From assembly GCA_050250895.1 (NCBI GenBank), contig JBFWNU010000001.1, forward strand, positions 160,001-224,000: a stretch of 64,000 bases of DNA, in the 5' to 3' direction. Shown one piece after another: positions 1 through 13,009 of this stretch. The stretch's first letter is position 1. Each line of letters begins with the position of its first letter. The translations under genes were made by a program, and so were the position numbers. The stretch comes from Vulcanimicrobiota bacterium. GTDB lineage: Bacteria; Vulcanimicrobiota; Xenobia; Xenobiales; JADMJV01. The notes under the pieces were generated by a model. It saw nothing but the letters and a program-made list of their open reading frames with translations, was not told the DNA's origin and made no database searches.

Positions 1-957
1 GCCGTGCTCGGCAATGCGTTTAAAGAGCCGGAACGGAAAGAGTTGTCCGGCCAGCGACTTGCCGCCCGAGGTAAAGCCCGCGCGGGTGAGAGCCTTGGCG
101 TTGGCCCGGGCACAACTGATGGAAGTGTGCCCGGCCACCGTGTCCATGGCTTCTCGCAGGGCCGTGGCGGCCTCGGGAGGTAGATTTCGCGCGCGCAGCA
201 GGACGCCGGATTGAACTCGGTCGACGTTGGTGCGCTTGGCGGCCTTGCGGAAATACATGAAGGCGTCGAGCTTCTCGTAGCCTTTGCCGTCTTCGCGGGG
301 GATGACGGTATAGACGTTGGGCTTGCCAAAGGCGATCACCACCTCGTTTTTGTTTTCGAAGAGGTGGTCGAGACTGACCCAATTCTTGCCCTTGTGTTCG
401 AACTGCTGCAGTCCGTTGGGATTGTTCTCGCCCACCTCGGTGCACAACACGGCTTTGGTCTTGTAGGCGAAAAATGGGTCGGGCCGGAGAAAGGAGCCAC
501 ACTTGATGCCATACTTGGGATTGCTGCGCTCGCCCTGCAGCCCGCCCGCGGCCACCACGGCCAGATCGCTAGTGGCCGCCCCCCGAAGCTCTTCACCCAA
601 CTGCTGCAGCTTCTCGCCCTGCTCGCCCTGGAGCAGCTTGATACTGCGATCCACCAGCGCCTCGGCCACATCGTCGCCGATCAGCGCCGTCAACTGACCC
701 GACACGCCGCCCACCAGCGCCCCGGCCACCATCAGGGCCGAGCCGAGCTGACGCTCTCCCAGGCCCTTGGCCTCAAAGCGCGAGCTGAGTTTGGCCACGG
801 CCTGGACCGCCTCGCTGCGTTGAGCCGACTCGAGTTTATCCAGGGTGCGGTCGGCATCGGTAGCCAACTCGGTGGCCAGCGTTTTGGCCCGTTGCGGGGA
901 GTCGACAGAATGGGTGAACCGGTAGGGGTTGATGTGAGAGTTGATGGGCGTGCTCAA
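1..957 (-). CDS. Hypothetical protein, 3' end runs off the left edge
   Basis: Not in the ORF track because there is no stop in the window. Manual translation from TTG at 957, preceded by GGAGG, is open to base 1: MSTPINSHINPYRFTHSVDSPQRAKTL...HTSISCARANAKAL...FKRIAEHG. The + ORF 211..975 is its antisense shadow. Confidence 0.8.
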   Translation of the reverse strand, partial: MSTPINSHINPYRFTHSVDSPQRAKTLATELATDADRTLDKLESAQRSEAVQAVAKLSSRFEAKGLGERQLGSALMVAGALVGGVSGQLTALIGDDVAEALVDRSIKLLQGEQGEKLQQLGEELRGAATSDLAVVAAGGLQGERSNPKYGIKCGSFLRPDPFFAYKTKAVLCTEVGENNPNGLQQFEHKGKNWVSLDHLFENKNEVVIAFGKPNVYTVIPREDGKGYEKLDAFMYFRKAAKRTNVDRVQSGVLLRARNLPPEAATALREAMDTVAGHTSISCARANAKALTRAGFTSGGKSLAGQLFPFRLFKRIAEHG

Positions 958-1011
958 GACAATCCTCCAAACTAGAGAAATTGGCTATTGGCACGGGCTT
1001 TCCCTTTGGGG

Positions 1012-2013
1012 TCAGGCCGCGGGGAACAGTTCGCACAGGAACTGATACATCTGGGGGTCGGCCTTCTTGAGATAGTCGCGAGGACCAGGCTCGAAAAACG
1101 CTTCCACCGACTCGGCGAAGTACTCGGCTGGATTGGTGCTGGCATACTCTGAAACCAGGCCGGTGCGCTGGCGGGCGAAGGAATTCCAAAGCTCGACCGA
1201 AAGAGCGTGGGTCCGCCGCTTGCGAGTGGTGTAGGCGTGTTCATAGGCGTGGGCGAACTCGTGGCGGGCGCACGAACGGTTGCGCATGGCCAACAACTCT
1301 TCGCCCACCACCAACAGCCGGCGGGAGGGGTCGTATAGACCGCGCACCATCGCCCACGGTCGCCCGTCAAAGCTGCGCTCGCCGGGGCCCACCACGAACA
1401 TGTTGTTGATCTTGAGGTCGGACAGGGCTTTGCTGCGCTCGAGCACGATGACTCGCACGCCGAAAGACTTGACTTCGTTGATAGCCTCGATACCAAAGAC
1501 CGAAAGCTCGCGCATCACGTGGTGGCGGGCCTGATTGCTGGGAGCGTAGTTGATCATGCGACCCACCAGTTCGGCCGCCGGACCGCCGGGAGCCATCGAA
1601 ATCGGAGCCCGAGGCTTACCGGCGGCATTGCCCGAGAGTTGGATGACGGGCGGAATGAAGGCCTGCGCCACCGGTTGGCGCGGCATCTTCTCGCGCTCTT
1701 CTTCCAGTTCGCGACTGAGGTCTTCGAGCGTCTCGAGCAACGCCCCGAAGCCCTCAGGCTGCTGCTCTTCATCCTCCAGGTAGCCCTTTTTCTTCTTGCG
1801 CCGCAAGTCGCGCCGCAGCTTCTGCAGCAATTCCTTGGCCTCGGGCGAGAGGTTGACCTGGTCTTCAGAAAGGAGGCGGAGAAGGGTTTCGCCATCAAGC
1901 TCGTCCTCAAGTTGCTTGAGCACGTTCGGCTTGATGCTGCGGGCCATCTCGCGCTGCACATGTTGAATGTGCTGGGCGTCGTAGTTGCCGAAGTTCGGTC
2001 CGCGAATCTCCAT
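1012..2013 (-). CDS. Anthrax lethal factor/PPEP-like zinc metallopeptidase domain protein
   Basis: C-terminal HEFAH (HExxH) followed by SEYASTNPAEYFAES, plus GRPWAMVRGLYD upstream, as in ATLF/Pro-Pro endopeptidase family proteins. The start is taken at MEIRGP. Confidence 0.8.
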   Translation of the reverse strand: MEIRGPNFGNYDAQHIQHVQREMARSIKPNVLKQLEDELDGETLLRLLSEDQVNLSPEAKELLQKLRRDLRRKKKKGYLEDEEQQPEGFGALLETLEDLSRELEEEREKMPRQPVAQAFIPPVIQLSGNAAGKPRAPISMAPGGPAAELVGRMINYAPSNQARHHVMRELSVFGIEAINEVKSFGVRVIVLERSKALSDLKINNMFVVGPGERSFDGRPWAMVRGLYDPSRRLLVVGEELLAMRNRSCARHEFAHAYEHAYTTRKRRTHALSVELWNSFARQRTGLVSEYASTNPAEYFAESVEAFFEPGPRDYLKKADPQMYQFLCELFPAA

Positions 2014-2023
2014 GAGCCTCACC

Positions 2024-2052
2024 ATTATAAACGCCTGTCAGGTTGGGTTCAA
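2024..2052 (-). promoter_or_regulatory. Sigma70-type promoter for the metallopeptidase gene
   Basis: Minus strand TTGAAC-17 nt-TATAAT, ending 10 nt before ATG 2013. Confidence 0.65.
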
Positions 2053-2229
2053 CGGTTGGAAGGGTCGCTTTCGGTTGGATTTGTTAAAATTTCTCGAAAA
2101 TGTCTTCGATTGAGGCAGGACGAAAATCCCACTTCTTGAAAAATTTTATCTACTCGTTTGGCTGTCCGAGGGGGGCGGCCAGATGCTGTCAGGCAAAGTT
2201 TCTAGGCTTTTTCTCAGGGAGTCCTTTTC

Positions 2230-3468
2230 GTGAAAAATTCGTATTCTTCGACCCCTCGAAGGAGGGGACGACGCACCCGTCGCGTTCGGTGGTGGCTGGT
2301 GGCCGTTACCGCCTGTGGAGTTCTCGGAGTGGGGGGCCGCTTCGCCTGGTCCATGACCGGCGGCGACCCGCTGGAAGCCCCCAAGCACGCTTACCTGGCC
2401 GGCCCGGCCGACCAGATGCGTAGCCTTTCTCAGGACTATGGGGTCGAGATTTCTCAATTGCCCGCAGGCAATCAGAAGGTCGTGGTGGACCTGGGCACCC
2501 GCTTGCCGCTGGGTCCGAACCAGCTCGACGGCCGCAAGTTCCGCGCCGCCATCGACACGCTCGAGCAAGCCTTCCTCGAGCAGGGAGCCTATCCGTCAGA
2601 GCTGCCCACCGCGCTGGCCGAAGAGTTTCCGCAGGCCCGGTATTCGACCGACGGCCGGGATTTCGAACTCACCTATCAGAAGCTATCCTACTCGTCGCTC
2701 ACCGGTTACCAGAGCCCGGAAACGGCTCCCGTAGCGGCCGCATGTCGCCCGGTGGTCGAGGTCAAAGACTCGGTCTGGCCCTGGGCCGGTCGCCATCCCG
2801 AGGTAGACAGCGACGAGCCGGTGTGGCACTTCGTCAACCAGACCGGTATTCTGGCCAGCCAGCAACCGGCCAATTTGACCTTTCCGCCCTCGGCTCTGCC
2901 CGAACAACTGCAGGCGCATCTAGGCAAATACAGCTATTTCGAAGCCCACCTGGATCCCCAGGGAGGAAGTCTTAGCGTCAAAGGTTTTCACCAGGAAGAC
3001 AAGCTCGAGCCCGAAGGCCCCCTGGGCGCCCCGGCTCTGGACCAGCCTTTTAGCCTGGTGGCCGATGCCCGCCTGGCCAGCTGGCTGGGAGCCTCGGTCA
3101 CGGGCAAGAGCCTGCGCCTGGAATCAAGCGACACCCTGACTCCTGATAGCCTGAGCCACTGGACCCAGCTGTTGGGGCAGGCCAGCCAGGCTCGCCCGCA
3201 GGGCTCAGACCTGGCCGAGAGCCTGGGATTTGGCGAGCTGCCCGGTCCCGCCCTGGCCGGTGGCCAGTTCGAGTGGGTGGGTGCCAACGGCGAGAGAACG
3301 CAGTGGCGCTGGGTGGCCGGCCGCAACCGCGGGCATGACTGGCTGCAGGCCCAGGCGGGCAAGCCCGACCGTCGCCTCAGTGCCGATGTGCCTACCGGCC
3401 AATCGGAGTTCGAGCAAGAGTTTTACAACTCCGGCATCCGGGTGGCCTCGGCCCATCAGCCTCAGTAA
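2230..3468 (+). CDS. Hypothetical membrane-anchored protein
   Basis: 412-aa ORF with a basic N-terminus and one hydrophobic helix. The segment EQGAYPSEL is weakly pseudopilin-like. Confidence 0.65.
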   Translation: MKNSYSSTPRRRGRRTRRVRWWLVAVTACGVLGVGGRFAWSMTGGDPLEAPKHAYLAGPADQMRSLSQDYGVEISQLPAGNQKVVVDLGTRLPLGPNQLDGRKFRAAIDTLEQAFLEQGAYPSELPTALAEEFPQARYSTDGRDFELTYQKLSYSSLTGYQSPETAPVAAACRPVVEVKDSVWPWAGRHPEVDSDEPVWHFVNQTGILASQQPANLTFPPSALPEQLQAHLGKYSYFEAHLDPQGGSLSVKGFHQEDKLEPEGPLGAPALDQPFSLVADARLASWLGASVTGKSLRLESSDTLTPDSLSHWTQLLGQASQARPQGSDLAESLGFGELPGPALAGGQFEWVGANGERTQWRWVAGRNRGHDWLQAQAGKPDRRLSADVPTGQSEFEQEFYNSGIRVASAHQPQ

Positions 3469-4043
3469 GCGAAATCGCGCTGCCAGCGAGCGTGGTCTAG
3501 TTCCATCCAGATTTTGGTCGAACTGCTGCCGTCGACCAGGCTGACCAGGTTCTGTTCGCGCTTGCGTCGGAAGCCGCACTTCTCGAAGCAGCGTTGAGCT
3601 CGGGTGTTGAAGTCGGCCGTATCCAGCTCGATCAAGTTGGTCTGGCGGCGCGTGAAGAGATAGGCATTGAGGGCCATCATGGCCTCGGTTCCGAAGCCTC
3701 CGTTCCAATACATTCGCTGGCCTATCATAATCCCGACCCGGGCAATCCGCTCACGGCCGCGGCGGCGCAGATTGAAGCGAACGAAGCCGATGAATCGCCC
3801 GTCAGGCGTCCAGATGGCCAGGGCGTTGCGCCGACCCGACTGGATCTCTTCACAGTACTCCCGGGCCAGCCGGTCGAGGGTCGGCCCGTCGGCCGAGGTG
3901 CCAAAGGCCAGCCGAATCAGGTCTTTGTCGTGGAACCAACGACGGATATGATCGATATCGGCCCGCTGCAGGGGGCGCAGCAAAAGCCGACCATTGGGAC
4001 TCTCGAACGGCCATTTCTCGCGTCTGGTCAGCAGTCGCAGCAT
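3462..4043 (-). CDS. GNAT family N-acetyltransferase (RimJ/RimL type)
   Basis: YWNGGFGTEAM and NTRAQRCFEKCGF motifs. Confidence 0.88.
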   Translation of the reverse strand: MLRLLTRREKWPFESPNGRLLLRPLQRADIDHIRRWFHDKDLIRLAFGTSADGPTLDRLAREYCEEIQSGRRNALAIWTPDGRFIGFVRFNLRRRGRERIARVGIMIGQRMYWNGGFGTEAMMALNAYLFTRRQTNLIELDTADFNTRAQRCFEKCGFRRKREQNLVSLVDGSSSTKIWMELDHARWQRDFAY

Positions 4044-4170
4044 TTGTAAATCCTTTTCGGCCCGAGCCGCCCCCTACCTTCAGGTCAGATTTTTTGGGCA
4101 GGAGGGAAAGATGCCGATGCGAAAGAACCCGAAAATTTAGATCACTATTGGGAATGGGAGACCGCTCGAT

Positions 4171-4797
4171 TTGGCCGCAAAGCGCGATTACTACATGATT
4201 CTCCAGGTGCCTCCAATCGCGCAGCCGGAGGAGATCAGGAAAGCCTATCGGGCCCTTTCCAAGAAGTATCATCCCGACCTCAATCCGGATATGAAACATG
4301 TATCCGACGAGAAAATGAAAGAACTGGTCGAGGCCTACAATACTCTCAACGACAAGGACAAGCGCAAGCTTTACGACAACCAGCCCCAGTTTCAGCTGCG
4401 CAAACATGCCAAAGGCCGCAAACCCGACAAAGCGGCCTTTACCAAAAAGGCAGAACCCAAGAAAGAGTCGTTCCTGCAAAAGTTCTTCTCGGGGATGTTC
4501 AAGAAAGACAGCGGCAAAGACGGCACCCCTGATCCCAAGCAAGCCGATGTCCATTTCACTCTGGGCCTGTCGATGTCCGACAACGAGTCCTTTCTCGATC
4601 AGGCCAAGGGCGAGTTCAAACTGGCTCTCAAGTATGACGGCAAGCACCGCGAGGCGGCTTACAACTACGCTTTGACCTGCTACCGACTGGGCGAGTTCGA
4701 CGAAGCTCGCATCGCCTTCCAAGACGTGCTCAAGAACTCGGCCAACGATCCGTATGCCAAGAAAATGATCAGCCTGTTGCACGACCCCGACTTCTGA
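4171..4797 (+). CDS. J-domain (DnaJ) protein with C-terminal TPR
   Basis: RDYYMILQV...[13 protein letters not shown] (HPD motif); TPR-like [19 protein letters not shown]. Confidence 0.88.
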   Translation: MAAKRDYYMILQVPPIAQPEEIRKAYRALSKKYHPDLNPDMKHVSDEKMKELVEAYNTLNDKDKRKLYDNQPQFQLRKHAKGRKPDKAAFTKKAEPKKESFLQKFFSGMFKKDSGKDGTPDPKQADVHFTLGLSMSDNESFLDQAKGEFKLALKYDGKHREAAYNYALTCYRLGEFDEARIAFQDVLKNSANDPYAKKMISLLHDPDF

Positions 4798-4855
4798 CCG
4801 TCTGTTCATAAAACGGTAAGATCGCGTCAACATCGCCTTCCTATGCTGAGAGGCG

Positions 4856-5662
4856 ATGATGATATCTAGCCAGAATACCGCTCTCGCCGCTCGTGCGGGC
4901 AGCCCGTTCGGTGCGGTCGCCCCCCGCAAGCTCGACGGTGGTCGGCTGGATCGTATGGACCAATACGTGCCCAGCCATCGAGCCGGGACGTCGGTCACCG
5001 GACCAGCGCAGCCCCGCCCTGTGCCCGGCCCCGACCTGGGGGCCGGCTCGGCCATTGGCGCCGCCGCTGGTGCCATGCCCGGCTTTCCCCTGCAAGTCTT
5101 GCTGCTGGGGCCCCCAGGCTCAGGCAAGAGCACGCAAGCGGCTGAACTGGCCGAACGGCTGGGCGTGGTCCACATCTCGATGGGCAATCTGTTGCGCGAA
5201 GAGATGGCCGCTGGCACCGAACTCGGCCGGGCTGTCGCGGACACCGTCAACGGTGGCGAACTGGCCCCCGGCGAACTGGTCTTTCAGGTGCTCGAGCAGC
5301 GGTTGGCCGCCGATGACGTCAAGAACGGCTTTATCATCGACGGATATCCGCGCGAACTCGAGCAAGTGCCTTTGCTCGAGGACCTCTGCCAGCGCCAGGG
5401 TATCGCCAACCTGCAGGTCGTGGGCCTGGATGTCTCGGATGGCGTGGTTCAACACCGTCTCGCGGGTCGAGGCCGCGCCGATGACAGCCCCGATACAGTG
5501 GCCCACCGCCTCGAGATCTACCACGATCGAACCAGCCAGGTGATCGACCACTTCATCAACGAAGGGCGCTTCTGGGTAGTCAACGGCGAGGGCTCGGTGG
5601 ACGAGGTGGCAAATCGCCTGGAAGACTGCGTTTCGCAGTGGTGTCCCACCCCCACTACCTAG
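4856..5662 (+). CDS. Adenylate kinase family protein with ~75-aa N-terminal extension
   Basis: LLGPPGSGKSTQA, HISMGNLLR, GFIIDGYPR, short LID (GRGRADD). Confidence 0.88.
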   Translation: MMISSQNTALAARAGSPFGAVAPRKLDGGRLDRMDQYVPSHRAGTSVTGPAQPRPVPGPDLGAGSAIGAAAGAMPGFPLQVLLLGPPGSGKSTQAAELAERLGVVHISMGNLLREEMAAGTELGRAVADTVNGGELAPGELVFQVLEQRLAADDVKNGFIIDGYPRELEQVPLLEDLCQRQGIANLQVVGLDVSDGVVQHRLAGRGRADDSPDTVAHRLEIYHDRTSQVIDHFINEGRFWVVNGEGSVDEVANRLEDCVSQWCPTPTT

Positions 5663-5736
5663 CCACCAGGAAACGCGCTTTAGATTAGCCAATACGGCCC
5701 CCAAAGCAGGGCTCACGACGAGCCCCAGGAGGCGCC

Positions 5737-7371
5737 GTGCCTGACTTCGCCAACCCAATGACCCCATCACCTTTGTGCGACCAGTTACTGCTGCATGTCG
5801 ATGCCTTTAGTGAAGGCGAGCTCTCAGGCGAAGAACTCGCCGCCATCGCTTCGCAGCTGCGCCAGGGGCTGGCCAGGGCTCAGCAGCAAACCCTCGAAAA
5901 CCTGCGCCAACGGGCCCAGGGAACCGACGTGTCGGTTCAACTCGAGGTGTTCGAGCGCTCGTTTGACGACATGAGTCAGGCCCTCGAGTCGTTGATTCTG
6001 CTGGCCAACCATCCCGATGATGATGTGCTCGAAGCGACCCGCAGTCTGATCGTGCGGGCGGCCCACTCATCGAAACTGGCCATGGACCTGCACCAGCAGG
6101 CCGAATTCCAGGAGGGCCCAACTGAGATTCCCGTCCTCAACTTGATTCTCAGGCTGCGGGCCGCCTATCTCGAGCAGGCCGTTGGACGCGCTGAGGTGAC
6201 GCGAGCCATCGACAACCTGATGCAAACGAGTCAGACTGCCATCGCCGAGCTCGAAAAGTCTGCTCGGCGGACCCCTCCGATGGTCACGCTGATCGAGGCT
6301 TATCAGCGCCAGAACGAGTGCCTGGCGAACTACAAGGCTAAACTCGACCAGGCCGCTCCCCTCGAGGAAGAAGCCTTGATAGCCTCGTGTCACCAGGTTC
6401 GCCAGGCCATGGCCGGCCTCAATCGGGCCATCATGATCGAGGGCCCCTGCCGAATGGAGCGCACCAACGTCTTTCTCAACATCGCCTCGAACTATCATCA
6501 GGGCAAGCTGCCCGACGAGGTCTTTCTGGACGCTATCGAGGGGTTCTATCAAGAACTCGAAGCCGAGCAAGGCCGGGTCGAGCGGCTGGCCTCGCTTCCC
6601 AACGACAACGAACTGGTGCAAGAACAGGTCGAACTGGTGCGAGACGCTTACGAGGCTCACGCCCAGGCCCTGGAATGGTTCGAGGAATACGTAGAAGGCA
6701 ACAGCGAGCGCTACGAGGCCGCCCGGGAGCGCCTGGTGGTGGCCTCAGAAACCCTCAGCGACTGCAAAGCCTCGCTCGAGCAGATCGCCGACGAAGCCGG
6801 TAAACTCACCTGTGTCTTCTGCAGCGCCACCAACGATCCGACGGCTCGCATCTGCAGCCGCTGCGGGGCTCAGCTGCCGACTCCGGCCGGGGGCGACCGC
6901 TCCACCGTGAACTATCAAGAGGCCGATGGCGAGGCGAGCTTCGGCCAGGACGACTTCGAGATGACCGAAAACCTGGTGCGCCTTTTCGAGGCCGTCAACG
7001 CGGTGGCAGAAGGCACTATGGAAGACCCCGACTTTGAAGAGATCCTGGCCTGGCTTGACGGTCTGATGCTCGAAGCCCGGCGGGGGCTGCCCGACGTGCC
7101 CGACTTGCTGACCAATCAGGACCTCAAAGAGGCCGATCGCGAGCAGTTGGCCGGCCTGGAAGAGGAATTGACCCAGAAGCGTGGCCAGATTCGCGAGGCC
7201 ATCGACGAGTTTCGCGACAGCCTTAATCTCATGGCCGTCTTTTTGGACGATCATGATAAGGAACATTTGATGACCGGAGTGGTGGGTATTAAAGAAGCCA
7301 CTCAGAAGATGCAACGAGCCGAACGCCAGATACGACAACTGGCCGAGGCCGCCCAAAGAAAGAGCAATTGA
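5737..7371 (+). CDS. Helical-repeat protein with zinc ribbon
   Basis: 544-aa acidic helical ORF with CVFC...CSRC; its stop is adjacent to the metH start. Confidence 0.75.
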   Translation: MPDFANPMTPSPLCDQLLLHVDAFSEGELSGEELAAIASQLRQGLARAQQQTLENLRQRAQGTDVSVQLEVFERSFDDMSQALESLILLANHPDDDVLEATRSLIVRAAHSSKLAMDLHQQAEFQEGPTEIPVLNLILRLRAAYLEQAVGRAEVTRAIDNLMQTSQTAIAELEKSARRTPPMVTLIEAYQRQNECLANYKAKLDQAAPLEEEALIASCHQVRQAMAGLNRAIMIEGPCRMERTNVFLNIASNYHQGKLPDEVFLDAIEGFYQELEAEQGRVERLASLPNDNELVQEQVELVRDAYEAHAQALEWFEEYVEGNSERYEAARERLVVASETLSDCKASLEQIADEAGKLTCVFCSATNDPTARICSRCGAQLPTPAGGDRSTVNYQEADGEASFGQDDFEMTENLVRLFEAVNAVAEGTMEDPDFEEILAWLDGLMLEARRGLPDVPDLLTNQDLKEADREQLAGLEEELTQKRGQIREAIDEFRDSLNLMAVFLDDHDKEHLMTGVVGIKEATQKMQRAERQIRQLAEAAQRKSN

Positions 7372-7373
7372 AG

Positions 7374-11005
<3,632 letters not shown>

Positions 11006-11006
<1 letters not shown>

Positions 11007-11407
11007 TGAGTGAGGAGCATTTCAAGCTCAGTCCTTTCTCGGCAGTAGCCGATGCTCTGGCCCGACTACTGGAAGACGAACTCGAGCCCGAACGCTTCTT
11101 GTCCATCGTCAACCGCGAGGAGCGGCTGATTCGCCGCTGGCTGAGCGAGCTACGGCGCTTGAAGCTGCCCGCCGACTATCCTGACGGAGAAGTCATCAGC
11201 GCGGCCGGCATCCAGGGGTGCCAGGAGATGCTCGACGGCCTAGCCCAGGTGCGCAGAGCTCTGGAAGAAGGCGACGACGAGGCGCTCGAGGCAGGCTACG
11301 ACCGGGTCTCGGAGGGTCACGAACTCATCGAGAAGCTGCTGGCCACCATCGCCACTATCAAAGAGAGAAACCAGGCTCAGTTGCTAGAAGACAATTTCTG
11401 GGCCTGA
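11006..11407 (+). CDS. Hypothetical helical protein
   Basis: ATG overlaps the metH stop (TGATG); MSEEHFKLSPF... Confidence 0.7.
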
Positions 11408-12111
11408 GGTAGTGCGATCAGAACCCGGTTCATAGGAGTAAGGGCAGCCGCGATGGCCGACCATTCCACCCGAAAGCCGGCCGCCTCGAGGCGATAGGTT
11501 CGCTCGATGTCGCTGGCCAGCTCGACCCCCAGTGCCTCGCGCACGGCCCGAGGGCCTGCCCGCCCGGTGCCGGCGTAGCAACAGGGCACCAGCGCCATCG
11601 GCCCTCCCAGGCGAAGACCGAGCTCCAGACAGCGGTCGGTGCGGGTGCCACAGGCGTGGACCGCCACCAGGGCGGTGCCCGGCTCGAGCCGAGCCTGCTT
11701 GAGGGGCTGCTCGAGGTAGCGCACCCGGGAGCCCACCTCAGGAAACGCTTCTACCACGCTGTCGCGCACCACCGCGGCCATCTTGGGCAGAGTCTTGTCG
11801 AGCATGACCACCTCTTCCACCCCCGAGTCAAAAACAGCAAAGAGCAGGCCCGTCAGGCCGTGGCCGGCGCACAGATCGGCCACCCGGGGGGCCCGTAGGC
11901 GGCGACGGACACACGCATAGACCTCGAAGCTCTCGATCAACTCGCGCAAGCGGACGGCTCGGCTCTGGGCCAGGGCCTCGACCAGTCGACCGACCCGGCC
12001 CGACTGACCGAGGCGAAGAGCGCTGGCCGGGTCGATACGGTGCCGGCCCTGGTCGAGCCAGGCCCGGTCATGGTTGAGCTGTTTGAAGACGCGAAATCCA
12101 GGATCCGTCAT
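11377..12111 (-). CDS. Class I SAM-dependent methyltransferase
   Basis: VADLCAGHGL motif I and AVHACG...LVPCCY. Start at MTDPGF after GGAG. Confidence 0.8.
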   Translation of the reverse strand: MTDPGFRVFKQLNHDRAWLDQGRHRIDPASALRLGQSGRVGRLVEALAQSRAVRLRELIESFEVYACVRRRLRAPRVADLCAGHGLTGLLFAVFDSGVEEVVMLDKTLPKMAAVVRDSVVEAFPEVGSRVRYLEQPLKQARLEPGTALVAVHACGTRTDRCLELGLRLGGPMALVPCCYAGTGRAGPRAVREALGVELASDIERTYRLEAAGFRVEWSAIAAALTPMNRVLIALPQAQKLSSSN

Positions 12112-12144
12112 AGCTACTCCGGAATAGCCGGTTCGGAGCCGACC

Positions 12145-12897
12145 TTGCAAACCCTCGGAAAACATAGCCCACGTTTCAAAGCCTGGTGCCGCCTGGGCGA
12201 CGCCCGCGCTCGCCGCGAACAGCGCTTGACCCTGGCCGAAGGGCCCGAGGTCGTGGCCGAGCTCTTGGCCAGCTCGTGGGAGGTAGAGGCCGTGCTGGTC
12301 GAGGCCGGCCGCCATCCTCACCTCGAACGGCAGGCCCAGGGCCGAGCCGAGTTACTCGCGCTCGAGCCCCAGCAGTTGAGCCGCTTGACGTCCGCTCAGA
12401 CCAGTCAGGGGGTGGTGGCTATTGCGCGCCCCCCCGAAACTCGCGTCCATCTCGCCGATGTCGACTTTGCCCTGCTGCTCGAAGACCTGCATGACCCCGG
12501 CAATCTGGGCGCCCTGGCCCGCACCGCCCGGGCCGCCGCCGTGCAGGCGTTGGTGGTCACGGGCGGCACCGATCCCTACGGCCCCAAAGCTCTGCGGGCG
12601 GCCGCCGGCGCCCTCTTTCATTTGCCGGTAACTCGCCTGGAAGACCCGCTCGAGGTGCTAAAGGCTGGACCGGAACTGGTCTGCGCCGTGGCCAGAGGCG
12701 GCCAGCCTCTGTTCGAGGCGAAGCTGGAGGGACGGATTGCCATAGCTTTAGGCAACGAAAAGCGCGGCCTATCTGACCAACTTTTGACCGCGGCGACCCG
12801 GTTAGTCACCATCCCCATGGCGGGGGGGTGTGAGTCTCTCAACGTTGCCGTTAGTGGAGCCCTGTTGATGTACGAGAGAGTCCGTCGATGCGGTTGA
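12145..12897 (+). CDS. TrmH/SpoU family RNA methyltransferase
   Basis: EDLHDPGNLGALAR, LGNEKRGLS, IPMAGGCESLNVAVS. TTG start after GGAG is inferred. Confidence 0.92.
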   Translation: MQTLGKHSPRFKAWCRLGDARARREQRLTLAEGPEVVAELLASSWEVEAVLVEAGRHPHLERQAQGRAELLALEPQQLSRLTSAQTSQGVVAIARPPETRVHLADVDFALLLEDLHDPGNLGALARTARAAAVQALVVTGGTDPYGPKALRAAAGALFHLPVTRLEDPLEVLKAGPELVCAVARGGQPLFEAKLEGRIAIALGNEKRGLSDQLLTAATRLVTIPMAGGCESLNVAVSGALLMYERVRRCG

Positions 12898-12922
12898 CAA
12901 AGCTTGTGAATTCCTTCACAAT
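12894..12922 (+). promoter_or_regulatory. Rex operator inside the sigma70 promoter of the cytochrome oxidase operon
   Basis: TTGTGAA-ttcc-TTCACAA at 12904-12921 is a perfect Rex consensus. It lies between TTGACA (12894-12899) and CACAAT (12917-12922), 17-nt spacer. Confidence 0.85.
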
Positions 12923-13009
12923 GTGGGGACTAATTTCTTAGGGGACGTGGGAAGCCAGGAGCCTTTCATGCTGGCCCAAGACCAGACAGAAAGGTCTCGA
13001 GACGGGGGT

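Noticed and set aside
211-975. 254-aa plus-strand ORF
   Set aside because: Antisense shadow of the minus-strand gene starting at 957, which has an RBS and normal codon usage.
2030-2229. AT-rich intergenic region with CCAACC repeats and a GC hairpin as a possible ncRNA
   Set aside because: Explained by divergent promoters; no terminator or recognisable RNA motif.
3850-5250. Long minus ORFs opposite recognised genes (also 9150..10583, 13163..14497, 22099..23256)
   Set aside because: Typical high-GC shadow frames with no motifs.
12904-12921. CRP/FNR box reading of the oxidase operator
   Set aside because: TGTGA and TCACA are separated by 6 nt, so it is CRP-compatible, but the full 18-bp TTGTGAA-N4-TTCACAA palindrome and its position inside the promoter fit Rex better. 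It does not match FNR TTGAT-N4-ATCAA. Binding by a Crp-family protein is not excluded.
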